From: Vitrella brassicaformis CCMP3155
Lineage: Eukaryota; Protista; Chromerida
DNA length: 64,000 nucleotides
Direction of reading: 5' to 3'
Assembly (NCBI GenBank): GCA_001179505.1
Contig: CDMY01000897.1
Coordinates: forward strand, 176,741-240,740
The translations under genes were made by a program, and so were the position numbers. The notes below the pieces were generated by a model, which was not told the DNA's origin, made no database searches, and was given only the letters and a program-made list of their open reading frames with translations. Of this stretch, positions 28,590-42,000 are shown in pieces; position 1 is the first letter of the stretch, and each line of letters starts with the position of its first letter.

Positions 28590-30376
28590 CTGCATTGCGT
28601 GGTGTGTGAAGAGGTCGACTGACGTAAGGACAGAACAATATGTATGCTGTCGGACTGAAAAACTTTCATTCGTTGAGTCGGCTTGCCTGCCTTGCGTGTC
28701 AAAAAGAAGATGAGTCCGCGTGTGTCCATGCCATGCAGTGCACTTCATTCATGTCAAACAGTGTGTGAGTGGGGCATCCACACACACGTGCAGTCCACAC
28801 ACATGAAATCAATCAATCAATCAACGGCCGCCTGGCCGCCCCGCGGTTGATCGACCAGTCACTCATTCGCACAAAACGACACCCACCCACCAGCCCCCAC
28901 CAAGCTATACAGCTTTTCCCGCCCGCCACCAACCATCGCCTCGTCCTTTTGCAGAAAACTCCCGCGGTGCTGTGGTGGTGTGATGCTGCTGAAACGCCCC
29001 CCAAAAACGAATAAGAGCATCATCAACAAACATCATCAATCAATGGCTGACTGTCAGGGGCGTGGCGTTGGCATGAAATGGCATGACATGACATGGGATG
29101 GCATGGCATGCACCGGACGAAAGAAACCAACACATCTCGCATCGCAGGAAAGCACCACACCCGCCCACGCCCCCCGCCCCCACACACACACGCGCGTACA
29201 TGCACACACGTGCATCGCGTCCGTCCACGTCTTATCTTATCTCTCCGTCGCTTCGCATTGTACGTATGAAACTGTCTGTCTCAGTCTTTCTTTCCCCTTG
29301 CTTCACATCCATCACATGACTGAGGAAGGATGGATGGATGGATGAAGGCATCACTCACTCACTCCTTCACTCATATGCCCGTCAGCATACATTGGCCCGG
29401 CCCGTCAGCCCGCTGTACGTGCCTGCGTCTGTACAGCAGGGAGGAAATGGGAGGGGAGGGCCGACATGTAGAAGAAAAGTACACCCATGCACCCAGCTGC
29501 CAATGGGGGGCCGACGATATTCGTGTGTGTGTGTGTGAGACAAAATATGCAATGCATGGCATCCCTTGTGGTGTCTCGACCAATCGATGTCAGATCATCC
29601 CCCGCAGCGGCACGAACAGACTGCCTGTGGCGCAACACAAGCCCCCTGCACGTGCCGAGACGGACATGGATCCAACACCGATCTGTCGAGCCCACGGAGC
29701 GCTTCACCCACCAGAGGAAAAGCCCCTTTCTCCCAGACAGAACCATGGCATAGCATGGAAGGCATGACAGGTGAGTGGATGGATGGGTGAGAGGTGAGAT
29801 ACGCAGACAGAGCATAGCAGCGCACGAAGGCAAGAAGGCAATACAGCGGGTGATCAGAGTGGCTAGTCTATCCCTGTACGTGGACTCACATCGCTTCACA
29901 TGACTGACATCAATGGCCGGCCGTGTAGTATGCACACACACCCCACACCACCACACCCCACACACCCATGCAGCAACTACCGTCTTGTGGCTGGCTGACA
30001 CACCAAGACAAGACACCAGGCCACCCCCACACGCACACACACGGCATGTGGGGCGGCTGGTAGGGCCTCTTCTGGATCGGTTCGTTCGTTATCCGTTCGC
30101 TCGTTCGCTTACAAACTGACTGACGTTGACGGACAAAGAGACCGGAAAAAAGCTTACATAGCTGAAAGCGATTGAGTGATTGAGTGACTGAGTGACAGCA
30201 CAGCCTAGCTCAGCGTGTTGTGTTAGTGCCATGCCACGCACACACGCACTCACGCACGCCGCGCCACGCCACGCCACACGGACAGACAGACAGTCAGCCA
30301 AATCAGTCGATCAGCCAGGGAGGCAACACATACATAACATACACAACACGCACACGCCGCCAGCAGTCGGCTGCCG

Positions 30377-32173
30377 TTACTCGGCCTCCGACGGTGGTGC
30401 CGTAGCGCTCTCCTGCTCGCCGTCTGGTGGCGGGATGAGGACGCCGTTGACGATGTGCACCACCGCATTGCTCGCCTGCACATCCGCCTGGATCACCTTG
30501 GCACGGTTGACAAACACCTCACCGTCCACCACCTGCACCGTCAGAGGAGAGCCCTGGAGCGTCGTGAGGGTCGCGGGGCCGTCGGCAGCCAACTCGATGA
30601 CGTCTGCGGCAGTGAAGGTGCCGCCCACGACGTGGTACGCGAGGACGGTCTTGAGGTCGTCCTCGGCCTGGGGCTCGAGCAGAGCGTTGTAGGTCTCGCC
30701 GAGGCCAGTGAACGCCTCGTTGGTGGGGGCGAAGACAGTGAACGGACCTGCACACACAGAGGGATGGGTGGGGGTGTGGTCAGTGGGGGCCTCCGTGTGT
30801 GTGCGTTGATGTCAAAATACCTACCGTCTTGGCTGAGCAGTTCCGAGAAGTCGGCTGCCTCGACGGCGGTGACGAGGCTGGAGAGCTCGGGGGTGGCCTG
30901 CGCGACGTCCAAGAGGGCCGGCAGCTCCTCTGCTTCTGGGGGCGCAGCCGTCTCCACCTCAGGAAGCTGCGCGGGCTGCACCCATTCATCCATCCAGCGC
31001 ACACACACACATATGCCCATTCACACCATACACACATGTCCGCCACACTCTCCTCTGTGTGTGTCAGTCATGTCAGTCACCAGCTGCGGGATGAGCACAG
31101 AGTCGACAATGTGGACGATGCCGTTGGACGCGGTGATGTCTGGCTGGACCACCCTGACGTTGCCATTGATGAGGATGTCGCCGTCCTCCCCGGTGACTGT
31201 CACGGTCTCCTCGGCCCCCAGGGCGGTGCGGGTCTCGATGACCTCGGCCTCGGCCAGCTGGGCGGTGAGGTCCGACGAGGTCAGCCTGGCCGGGATAACG
31301 TGATACTTGAGAATCTGCGACAAAATCTCCGTGTCCGCTGAGATCTCCTGGAAGTTGGGGATGGCTGCGAAGGCCTCGTTGGTGGGGGCGAACAGCTGAG
31401 TAGTCATTGCATCAAGGCAGAGGGCAGGAAATGGACATCAGAATCAGACGTGCGTGGTTGCGGTGTTGTGGTGTGGTGACGCACTGTGATGGGTCCAGGG
31501 CCGCGGAGGTCTTCCATGAGGCCGGCAGCCTCCACGGCAGCCAACAGGGTGGACAGCCGCTGCACACACACAACACACACACGCACACGTGTATTACTTA
31601 CATGAATGTGCGGCACCACACCCACCCAGATCTGTCCCCTCCCGTGCTAGATCTGCCTCCCCTGCTCTCCCCTCCAGCCAGCCGCTCACTCACCGGCTCG
31701 CTGGCAGCCAGGTCAGCGATGGTCACACTCGGCGGCGTTTCCTCAACAGGTGTTGCAGGCTCCGCCATCGGTGTAGGTGAAGGTGTGGGAGCGGCGGGAG
31801 GGGTGGGCGTGGGCGTGGTGCTGCCCTTCTTGCCACCGCTCGGGGGCGGCTTCATCGTCGACTCCTTCGTCGGCGGCGTGTAGTCCTTCTTGGTGGGCGG
31901 TGAGGTCGGCACATCCTTCTTGCCAGTCGTCGGGGGCGCGTACGTGCCCTTCTTGCCACCTGAGGGTGCTGCGTATCCGTGTCCATAGGACGACGAGTGC
32001 CCGTGGTCATAAGTGGAGTAGGTTGATGAGGTCTTGCCGTATGAGTCCACCGGCACGTACGAGTCCTTGCTGTAGTAGCTGCTGTCAGAGTACCGCATGT
32101 TCTTCGTGCCGCTCGCTGCAGCGAGGGCGATGAATGCAAGAAGAACGATCACCGTGGCCGCCTTCACCATCAT
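30377..32173 (-). CDS. Secreted fasciclin protein: signal peptide, Tyr/Ser- and Pro/Thr/Lys-rich region, two FAS1 domains
   Basis: MMVKAATVIVLLAFIALAAA; two copies of T-x-FAPTNEAF...YHV...ASN-x-VHI-x-x-VLIP. Confidence 0.92.
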
Positions 32174-32522
32174 GCCTGCAGGGGACACACACGCACTCAG
32201 AGATCTGACGAGTCAGATCACGCACTCAAAAGATCACCATCATGCCTGTCCCGCATGTGTTGTCAAGTCAACGGACCTGAATTTCAGTGCGATGGGTGCG
32301 ATAGTGCGATGGATGGGGGAGGGGTGGGCGTGCGGGGCGACGGGCGGGACCGCTGAGGAGATCAAGTACAGACGAAAGTAACAAAAACGGGGGGCGGCCG
32401 ACGTGGTTCACACAACGTGCAGCTCCGCGAGGCCTCTCAACCCGTAACCCCGCAAACCCTGCTGCCGTCTGCGAGCTGAACTCCTTGCTAAGAGGAGATC
32501 TGTGTCCAAATCGGCTGTTCAG

Positions 32523-34237
32523 ATGCGGTTCGCTGTGTATGGATCAGGTAGGGAGCCAAACCACAATCATTTCTTTCATGACTTTTCATCCAGACGTGTG
32601 GTCTCCCAGGAGGCGTGGGAGGGTATTTCGGTGCCTGCCTGTGGCGGGCGGGGCATGAAGTGTTGTTCATCGCCCGTCCTGGCAACCATCTCAACGCGAT
32701 GAAGGAGAAGGGCCTCACTATCACAGGCACCAAGGGCAAGATCACGGTGCCTGCGGAGCAACTGAATGCCACAGACGACCCGGCGTCCGTCGGCAAAGTG
32801 GATGTGGTCTTGGTCGGTGTGAAAGCATTCCAGGTACATGGCGTGGCATTCGTGACACCCGAACGACAACACAGACACCTGGGCCTCTGTGTGTGTCTGT
32901 GTGTGTGTCTGTGTGTGTGTCTGTGTGTGCAGGCTCGTGAGATAGCTCCCCACGTGAAGGGCATGCTGAAGCCCGACACCGTTGTGGTGCCGCTGTGCAA
33001 CGGGATAGAGGTCACACACACACACACACACACGAACTCATGCTGGGCCGCTTCATGCGTTCGTGGATGTCACAAGTATGTGTGCGTGCAGGCCCAGATC
33101 GTCCTGGCAAGCTTCCTGGGTTGGGATGTCGTCACGGGCGGCCTGTGCAAGATATTTGCCTACATCACGGAGCCGGGCGTCATCACATGTGAGAGCCTGT
33201 CCATCACGCCAATCATCGAGTTCGGCCCCATGACGAAGATGGGTCACTACGCCGACCTCTTCGCTGTCACGCCGACAGACAAGGGAAACGGCACCGTCAC
33301 CAATGGCGCCAACTGTGTGGCCGATGGCGACGCGGGCAACAAGTGAGGGAGATGACAATACGTGTTCCTTCATGTGACGACACGAGTTGGTTTGTGTGTG
33401 CAGGTTATTGTCTGGTCGGCTGCAGGAGGTCGCCGACGTGATGAATGCGTGTGAGGGGATGGAGGCTATCATCCCGGAGGACATCGAAATGGCAATGTGG
33501 AGGAAGTTCCTGGGTGAGAATGAGAGTTGCTGTGAATGGATGGTACAGACGGTCGGCCTGCACTGCGGTGTGGTGTGGTGTGGTGTGTGCCATCATCATC
33601 AGGTATGGGCGCCTTCGGTCCGTCTATGGCGTGTTTCCGTGCACCTCTGCCTGCTGCTGCTTCCATACCAGAGTGCGTCAAAGTCATCAAAGCCGCACTC
33701 AATGAGGTCACTAGTCAGCCAAACGGTCATACAGACACACGGATACATGCGATGAGATGTGTGTGTGTCTGTGTGTCTGTGTGTGTCAGATCGTCGCTGT
33801 GGCCAAGGCCTATGGAGTGCAGCTGGGTGAATCGGAGGCCGAAACGATGGCAGAGAGAGGTACATCCACGCACAAACAGACATACAGACATACAGACAGA
33901 AAGGAACACACACGCGCTTCCCGTGCCTTACACGAGTGAGTCATTCTCCCTTCCTCCGTGCAGCCAAGACCTTCCCCAAAAACAGCACGCCGTCGACGCT
34001 GCGGTACACACCCACTCGTGTGCACACTTCAAGCCGGCAAACCTGCATCTTACTTACAGGGACGTGGTCGACGGCCGTCCAAGTGAGCTGGAGGAGCTGA
34101 GCGGCGCGGTGATCCGTCTGGGCGGCAAGGTGGGTGTGCCCACCCCCACCCACCAGATCCTGCGTGCGATTCTGCTGCCGCAAGAGCTCAAGGCCCGGGG
34201 GAAGATCGAATACACACTGCCGCAGACCACACGATGA
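32523..34237 (+). CDS. panE: 2-dehydropantoate 2-reductase (ketopantoate reductase)
   Basis: MRFAVYGSGGVGGYFG Rossmann motif, VGVKAFQ, LCNGIE, WRKF (catalytic Lys), RPSELEELSGAVIRLG..GVPTP (catalytic Glu). Confidence 0.9.
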
Positions 34238-34892
34238 ATGAATGAGGCAAAGAGGGAGAGAGGGAGGGGAGGGAGGGAGCGGGGGTCTGCCATGCTGATG
34301 GATGCAACAGCTGGCGTGTCACGCTTATTGGGTTTATCGCTCATGCTGACGGACTACGCTCATACGTGCATGCACTGCACACTTACACACTCAATGCTAC
34401 GCTACCTGCCTGCCTGCCTGCCTGTGCGGTGCCTACTGGCCGCGGCCGACTTGTTTTGTCAGTCAGTAACCTGATAGATAAGACAGGCGGCGTGCACGTG
34501 GGCGTTTTGTTACGCGGGTGAATGGGCAAATGCAAGGTGCATTTCATGGTGCCATTCATGATCTACCTGTTTGACTTGTGTGGCTAATGCTACACGCATC
34601 CGCCTGACAGACGTGTCTGTCCTACTCGTGCCCGCGATTGGACTAAGGGATTGCCGGCTCGACAGGAGCTTGGCTTGGTGGAGACTGTCTGTATGTGTGA
34701 GAGTAACGATGCTGTTTGCCCAACATGTCGGGCTCGTCCATTCACGCCATGTAATGAATTAATGCAGCGTCACTGCAGTCATTCACTGCCACCCAATGTC
34801 ATTGTCACGATAGCTACTATCATTCCATTCAGCATCACACAAAAACCGTCTGTCTATCCCCCCTCTGAACACACTGCCACGACCGACACGAA

Positions 34893-35942
34893 TTATTCAC
34901 TGGAGCTCAGTTTGTTGAACCTCTCCATGCTGTCGCGCAGGTGCTGCGAAATGGCCGCCACGTCGGTGCCCAGCGTCACGAAACGGAAGTCTCTCTTTAC
35001 CATGTCGAGGGCGAATCCCGTCTCACCGCACCAGATGCCCGCCACCTTGCCCCTCTTGCTGCACTCCCGCCCGATCCTCTCGATGGCAGCCACCACCTTC
35101 GGATGGGTCGGCGCGCCTGACGGGGGGACGCCCAGCGCCAAACTCAGATCATTGGGACCTTTGGCGATCGGTCGACACACAAACATTGCAGCGATGAATG
35201 TACGAAGGGTCATTGTGGCTCGACTCACCAATGAAGGCCCCATCGACGCCCTCGACAGCCAGGATATCCTCGAGGTTGTCGAGACCTTGTTGGGTTTCGA
35301 TCATGACCAGCTTGACAATCAGCTCGTCCGCCATTCTCAGGTACTCGCCGCCGCCATAGACCATCCCCGCCCGCGTGGGGCCGAAGGAGCGGCTGCCTTT
35401 CGGGGGATACACGCACGCATCCACGAACGCACGGGCCTGCTCGGCGGTGTCCACCAATGGACAAATGAGACCTGGCCACAGCACAAACACAGAGAGAAGA
35501 GAAGCATACGTCGATGATGCACGCCGACTTGTCAAGTGACACTGAAGCGCGGACTTACCTAAGTAGCCTGCGTCGAGCAGCTTGTGTATCATCGATACGT
35601 CAGCAGCTGGCCACTGGTGCGGGATACGTGCCACTGGTGTGGGTGGATGGGCAGACAGAGCCGACACCATCTGCAGCGCATCGGAGAAGTCTATCATGCC
35701 ATGTCTGCACACATACGCGCGGAAGCAGACAGGCAGACAGAGGATGGATAGATGTGTGTGTTTGTCTATTGCTCCGAGTAGCTGGCGGTGAAGGATACTC
35801 ACTGCATGTCCACAACAGCCGCTGTGAGCCCCGCTGTCGTGGCGGCTGCCTCGGCGCTCAGCGTACTGGGGATGGCCAGCCACGCATGCGTGGCGACGCC
35901 GCCGCTGGACAGCACATCTCTCAGCGCACTTTGAAGCCTCAT
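34893..35942 (-). CDS. HpcH/HpaI-family class II pyruvate aldolase (GarL/RhmA-like)
   Basis: [79 protein letters not shown]. Confidence 0.92.
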
Positions 35943-36104
35943 CCAGGGGAAATCTGCACGACGCGCTGAGACCCAAGGGTTTGGTTAGGTTGCGCGAAAC
36001 GGGAGACGAAAGCGGTTGAACCTGCACCCGAAATGCAACAGCAGATCTGGCCATTGCGTGCCAGTGCCCTCTGATCTGGCTGCCGTGTGAGTGATCTCAA
36101 TCTC

Positions 36105-37046
36105 ATGCTTGCTGATCTGAATCCCGACATCACCTCGGCATGGATGCTCCTCTGCGATGTCAGAACCATCGGCAGGGCCATGGGGACGTGCACAACACTA
36201 GCGGCCTCCCTCCTCCCCATCCCACAGCTGATGCGGCGCGACTTCCCTTCTTTCTCGGCACTATGCACCCACATAGCGCAGCAGCAGCAGCAGCAGGATG
36301 GCGGCAATGAAGATGACGTGAGCGCCTTCCCCCGCACAGACAGGGCGAGCATCACGCGGCTGTACAAGCGCTTCTGTGCCACCCCAGCGCAGCGGCTGGC
36401 TCGGCGTGATCTTACACCGATGGACGAGCCGACGACGCGGGCTTCCTCCGTGTACCTCTTGTGCGACGTTTCGACGGATGTGGGGCTCCTCCTGTCGCAG
36501 TGGCGTCGGCTGGATGAGCTCACTCGGGACCTATCCTTGTTCAAGGTCTCCTTCAGCGGACCTGCTGCCGTGATGACCCCCAGGGCAGCCGCACTTCTCG
36601 AGAGGGGGTTTGCCGGCCTGCCGTCCAGAAGCCCTCACGTGTGTATCCGCGCGGTGTGTCCCTTGACCAGCACCTTTGCTGTGCTGTTCCGCCAGCCTCT
36701 GCTGCTGCACACTCCGCCCGATGCGACGCTTCACGAGCAGCAACAAGAGCGAGAGAGGGGGGATGGCGATTCGGCCGCGTGTGAGAGCGAGTGGCGGTTC
36801 GAAGGCAGTTTCGAGGAGAATCCGACTTTTTATTCTGCATGGGGGTTGGTGAGGCAAGTGAGGGCCGACGTGAGGCTCGTCGACGGTGCCGGTGGTGGTG
36901 CTGGTTCTGGTGGTGGCGGCGGCGGAGTGCGCGTGGCGTGTGACGTGTCTATGGTGATCGAGGAGGCTTACCAGGGGAACGTGCTGCCGATGCGGAGCGC
37001 ACTGCAGGTCTTCGACTCACTCCTGTGGAACGACCTCTACCAGTAG
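36105..37046 (+). CDS. Intronless hypothetical protein with F-box-like N-terminus
   Basis: Single ORF of about 313 aa with coding-like composition; LADLNPDITSAWMLLCDVRTIGRAMGTC loosely fits the F-box pattern. Confidence 0.55.
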   Translation: MLADLNPDITSAWMLLCDVRTIGRAMGTCTTLAASLLPIPQLMRRDFPSFSALCTHIAQQQQQQDGGNEDDVSAFPRTDRASITRLYKRFCATPAQRLARRDLTPMDEPTTRASSVYLLCDVSTDVGLLLSQWRRLDELTRDLSLFKVSFSGPAAVMTPRAAALLERGFAGLPSRSPHVCIRAVCPLTSTFAVLFRQPLLLHTPPDATLHEQQQERERGDGDSAACESEWRFEGSFEENPTFYSAWGLVRQVRADVRLVDGAGGGAGSGGGGGGVRVACDVSMVIEEAYQGNVLPMRSALQVFDSLLWNDLYQ

Positions 37047-38273
37047 ACCGACCGAGTGGCAATCAGTGCTGAGCGCATTCACGCGACTGCGACTGATCGA
37101 TGTCTGTGTGTATTTGTCGTGTGACCAATTGGGGAGGGGAGGGGAGAGGGGAGGAGAGCTGCCTGCTGGTGTATAGTAGTGTCTTGTGTGCTAAATCTTC
37201 TCTGTAGGCTAGACGTGGCTCATTCAGTGATTACACACGGATGTGATGCTCACTCGAATGTGTGCTGTGAGCTGTGTGAGAGGGACTTTGTGTTGCGTGA
37301 CTTTACTGCCGAGGTTCGTGGTTTACACATGAATAAAGAGATTCACAGATGGATGGATGGATGGGTATCGTGAGGTCCCCTCCCCCTCCCCTTGTCTCTT
37401 GCCTGCCCGCCGTGGCCAGCCGCCACATTGACAGCGAGTGCAGCGCTCACAACACATGCACACAGGCCAGCCAGGACGGGGCTGCATGACTGCATCGGCA
37501 CACGCATGACTGACCTACACCACACACACGGCTACTCGTCGGTCTGTGCACCTGCTCGCTCGCTCAGTCATTCTACAGTCAACTGAGTCAGACAGCGATC
37601 ATCGAAACCACTCACTCGTCATGTCAGTCAGTCATCGAACATGCCATTCATTGGTCATGAACCACATGAGCGTTAGGGAGGCGGATGCATCCATTGCATG
37701 ACATGAAAGCACCAACACGACAGACACCACAGACAGCACCACCACAACAGACACTGAATGATCCATCCATCCATCCACCTATCGACTGCACTGCTCTCCC
37801 CTCCCCTCTCGCCTCTCGCCTCTCTGGCTTCGTTGCGCCGACAACGAAGCGAACCAACCAAGAGGCGGGCAAGGCGAGGCAAGTCCTACCTCTGGCTGCG
37901 TCAAATAGACAGATAAAGCTCAGTGTGCCTTTCTCCCTTCATTCTTTCCCTTCCTGCCAGCCGCCACCCGCCACAACGCATCCAGATCTGTACACAAAAA
38001 GGCACGCGGACGCGGCACGCGCTCGCAGGCAGGCAGGCAGTTGGGCCGGCTGGCAACCAAAGAATGCATTCATCAATCACATCAAAACAGAGATCAAAAA
38101 TTCGTCGGTGCGTATGTGGTGTGGATGGATGGCAGGATGGATCAGTGAAGTGAATTGGGTAGGGTAGAGGGCGGTGCAACATGCACTCAATGCCTCGCGA
38201 TCGGTAATCGATTCGTATGCATGTAGCGGACAGACGGACAGACAGACACAAAAAGTCCCCCCCCCCCCCTGCC

Positions 38274-38573
38274 NNNNNNNNNNNNNNNNNNNNNNNNNNN
38301 NNNNNNNNNNNNNNNNNNNNNNNNNNNNNNNNNNNNNNNNNNNNNNNNNNNNNNNNNNNNNNNNNNNNNNNNNNNNNNNNNNNNNNNNNNNNNNNNNNNN
38401 NNNNNNNNNNNNNNNNNNNNNNNNNNNNNNNNNNNNNNNNNNNNNNNNNNNNNNNNNNNNNNNNNNNNNNNNNNNNNNNNNNNNNNNNNNNNNNNNNNNN
38501 NNNNNNNNNNNNNNNNNNNNNNNNNNNNNNNNNNNNNNNNNNNNNNNNNNNNNNNNNNNNNNNNNNNNNNNNN
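38274..38573. other. Assembly gap (300 N) flanked by poly-C
   Basis: N run with C homopolymers on both sides. Confidence 0.99.
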
Positions 38574-39082
38574 CCCCCCCCCCCCCTTGCCAACCAGACA
38601 AAGCACCCAGCCATTCGTTCGTGGGCGCAGCAAAATGGTATGCAGACAGGCAGGCAGGAAGGCAAGAAATAAGCAGGCGAATTCCAAAAGTAGCCGGCCA
38701 CAGATGCAGGCAGGCAGGCAGGCGGACAAGAGAGGGCAGTCTCGGGGCAATAAACTCAGGCGCATCCACCCATCCATCCATCCGTCCATCCACAGCGACA
38801 CAGCATATCCACGGCAGGAGCGTTAGCACTAGCGCAACCAACGAGTGAAAAATGACCTCGCGAGTGAGTCAGTGGGTGGGTGGTGACGGGTGTGGTGTGC
38901 ACACAATGGATTGGATGAATGCGTCCCGGAGGATCGACCGAACGACTGACTGTGTGGGTGGTGTGGTATGCAAGCACAGCATGACTGACGTGGGTGGCTG
39001 GGTGTGGTGCATGAGTGCAATGCAATGCACAGGGAGGGGGAAAAATGTCCGTACGTCGGTTGATGTCGCTCCTCCATCTTCA

Positions 39083-42000
39083 TCACACGTCGTGGGCCCA
39101 CTTCAACTTGGCGCTCTCGGCAGCACGGTCCAACATCGCCTGCAGGACAGGACAGGACAGGACACACCAACAGAACCAAACAGATCAGCCATCTCTCGTC
39201 ATGCATGTCTCTCTTTCCGCCCCCCACCCACCTGGCAGACACGTATGTCGACGAGCCCTTCCTCATCCACAGCACAGCTGAAGGAGCACTGCTGCACGCT
39301 ATCCGATGCCAGCGTCTCAAACGTGCTCAGCCCGTGCGACACCACATCAGACCCTACTGGAGCGCTCGTGGCGCCACTAGCCGTCACGGTGTCGAGCATG
39401 GAGGCGATCAGTGCATGGTGGTGCAGGGTGACGGACGACTCGAAGGCCGCAGATATGACCGACGGCACACCTGCTTTCGACGCGACGGAATGGAAGTCGA
39501 GGCATTTGTCGTAGCCGCCCAGGAGAGCCGGCTTCAGCACCAGCGCCGCCAGACCTTTCCCAAACAGACTCGGCAAATCCGACAGCCGGAAATGCTCTGT
39601 ATGGCAAGCAAAAGACAGCAGGCTCATGCACACATCCCCACGGGTAGTGGTGCTCCTTGCCGATGCCCACCTTGGTAGAGGCTCTCATCGAGTGCGAAGT
39701 GGACGCGTGTGGCCCTGTGGAAGACGGGCAGCAGCTGACAGTCGGCCAATGGCTCCTCGACGTACTCGATAAGGGCCAGCGACCGCTCACTCAGCTGCCG
39801 GAAGAAGGCGTCCGCCTCGCGCAGCAGCCACGCCTGGTTCGCATCCAGCCGGATCCTCGGCGCCACGCCGTCGCTGTCGGCCATGACGTCCTCGGCCATC
39901 TGGTTGACGCGCCTCGCGTCCTCTGCGGTTGACCTCCCGCCGACCTTGACCTTCACCACTGGATAGCGGACGCACCGCTCAGATGACGATGATGCGTCCC
40001 CGCCGATGGTGGCATGGCTGCGGACCCTGAGGCCGTTCAGATGGACATGGGAGCTCCGACTCGTCCCTGAGCGCATGCTCGTGACGAGCTCCGGAATGGC
40101 CTGTCCCCTCTCCCGAGCCAGCAGGTGGAGCACCGCCTGCTGCAGCCCCAGGCGCACCGACGGGACCACAGGCTGCCGACCGCCCTTGAGCGTCGTCACC
40201 CACGCGTCGAAGGCACGTGAGTCCCTGAGGGCCCCCAGCTGCCAGGGTATGTCCACACCCTGCTGTCCCGCAAGCCCGGTCAGCAGTGCTGCAGCCTCGC
40301 CGTGGGTCTCGTTGTGGAAGCCCGGCAGTGGACACACCTCGCCGATCCCAACGGTGCCTGCGGCGTTCCGCGCCAGGATGAGCCAGCCTCTCCGCTCCGT
40401 GATGGCGTCGAACTGACTCAGCTGCAGGGGCTGGGAGAGGTCCATCGTGAAGGGGACGATCGCCAGGCTATCAAGCACGGGGGCGGGGGAGGGGAGAGGT
40501 GGGGGCGGTGCTGCTGCTGCTGCCGCTGTGGCATCGTCGATGGCGACAAGTTGGTGTTTCTGCAAAAATGCGCCTATCGCCTGAGCGAGCCACGTGGGCT
40601 GCTCCTCCACCACAGCGTGGCCTGAATCAGCTGTCGCCACCTCCAGTCTTCGGCCCTCAATGCTGCTCTCGACAAGCTCCTCGCTGATGGCGTGATATCG
40701 CGCGTCGTGTCTGACATACGGACAGACACGGACAGACAGCACAGAGGAGAGAACACGTCGTAGGGCACTCATGCAGCTTGATCCTTGTGCCGTTGCTCGA
40801 TGACATACCTTCCTGCGATGAAGAGAGCAGGGCATGGCGGGTCCACGAGCGTCGGTCTCAGGTCTGGCTGGAGTGCAGCACTCATGCCACGGAGGGACGC
40901 TGCGGCCGCGCGCGGTGAGGTGCGACACCTCCTGCGGATGATGTCCGTGAGCAGAGCGGTGGTCGGCTGCTGATCGCTGTCTTCTAGGGGGCTACATGGG
41001 GCCGCCAGGGGGCCCCACATGGGCATGCTGTACCACTCAGACCGAAGGAAACGCTCGAACGCGCACCTGCACACGCACACGGATGACATGTATCACCTTG
41101 TCGACATGTTGTACTTCATGCCAACTTACCTGTCCATCGCTTCCACCCGGCCAGCAAGCACCTGTCCCTTGCAAAAGCGCTCATGGCGCTCCGCCGGGTC
41201 CGTCGCGCCTGGGTCGGCCGCAATGATGACCGCCGCACGAACGCGCTGAGGTGCTTTCTTCATGAGCTGCATCGCCAGCCGCCCGCCCATGGAATAGCCG
41301 ACCAGAATGGCGTCGGTGATGCCTTCGCTGGCCAGCAGGTCAAGCAGAGAGGTGGTGACGACGTCAGGTGTGTGTGCCAGGCTGGCAGCCAGCCCCTCTG
41401 CAGCAGATCGGGTCCCGCCGTGCCCCAACAAGTCGACAGCGAACAGGCCCACACACTGTCCGCCTGCCTGCTGCGTCAGAGATGCGATGACCGTCCGCCA
41501 GTCGTCCTTTGACCCCAGCCAGCCGTGGAGGAAGACCACCGTGGGGCTGTCGCGGCACCCTCCACGCCACCAACACCAGCGTATGCTTCTCGCCAGGTGC
41601 GTCACGACTGCATCACCAGCCGCCCTCTGGATGTCCCGATGGATGCTCACGTTGCTCTCTCTGTCCGTGCACACTGCCTCAATCACTCGCGGGAAGGCCG
41701 ACTTGCCACTTACTGCGGCACTCAGCTCTTCGGATGTCTTGACCCGCGAGTATGGCAGGCCGACGCTCGCACAGATGCCCTCGAAGCTGACGTCGTGTGG
41801 GGTGTCGAAGAGAGGCGAGAAGACGTCCTTGTGTGCCGCGATGGGGAGGAAGTGAAAAATGCCGCCGCCGCCGTTGTTGACGACCACGACCGACACGGAC
41901 GCGCCGCTTTGCTTAAGGGTGTGCAGCCCACCCATGTCATGCAGGGCCGCCACATCACCCAGCAACACCGTCACAGGCTGCCCCAGGCCGAGGGAGTAGC

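Noticed and set aside
28700-30300. Possible hidden gene or lncRNA between the 2H and FAS1 genes (weak ORF 29330-29767, donor-like gtgagt near 29770)
   Set aside because: No recognisable motif or consistent exon chain; cannot be supported without RNA-seq
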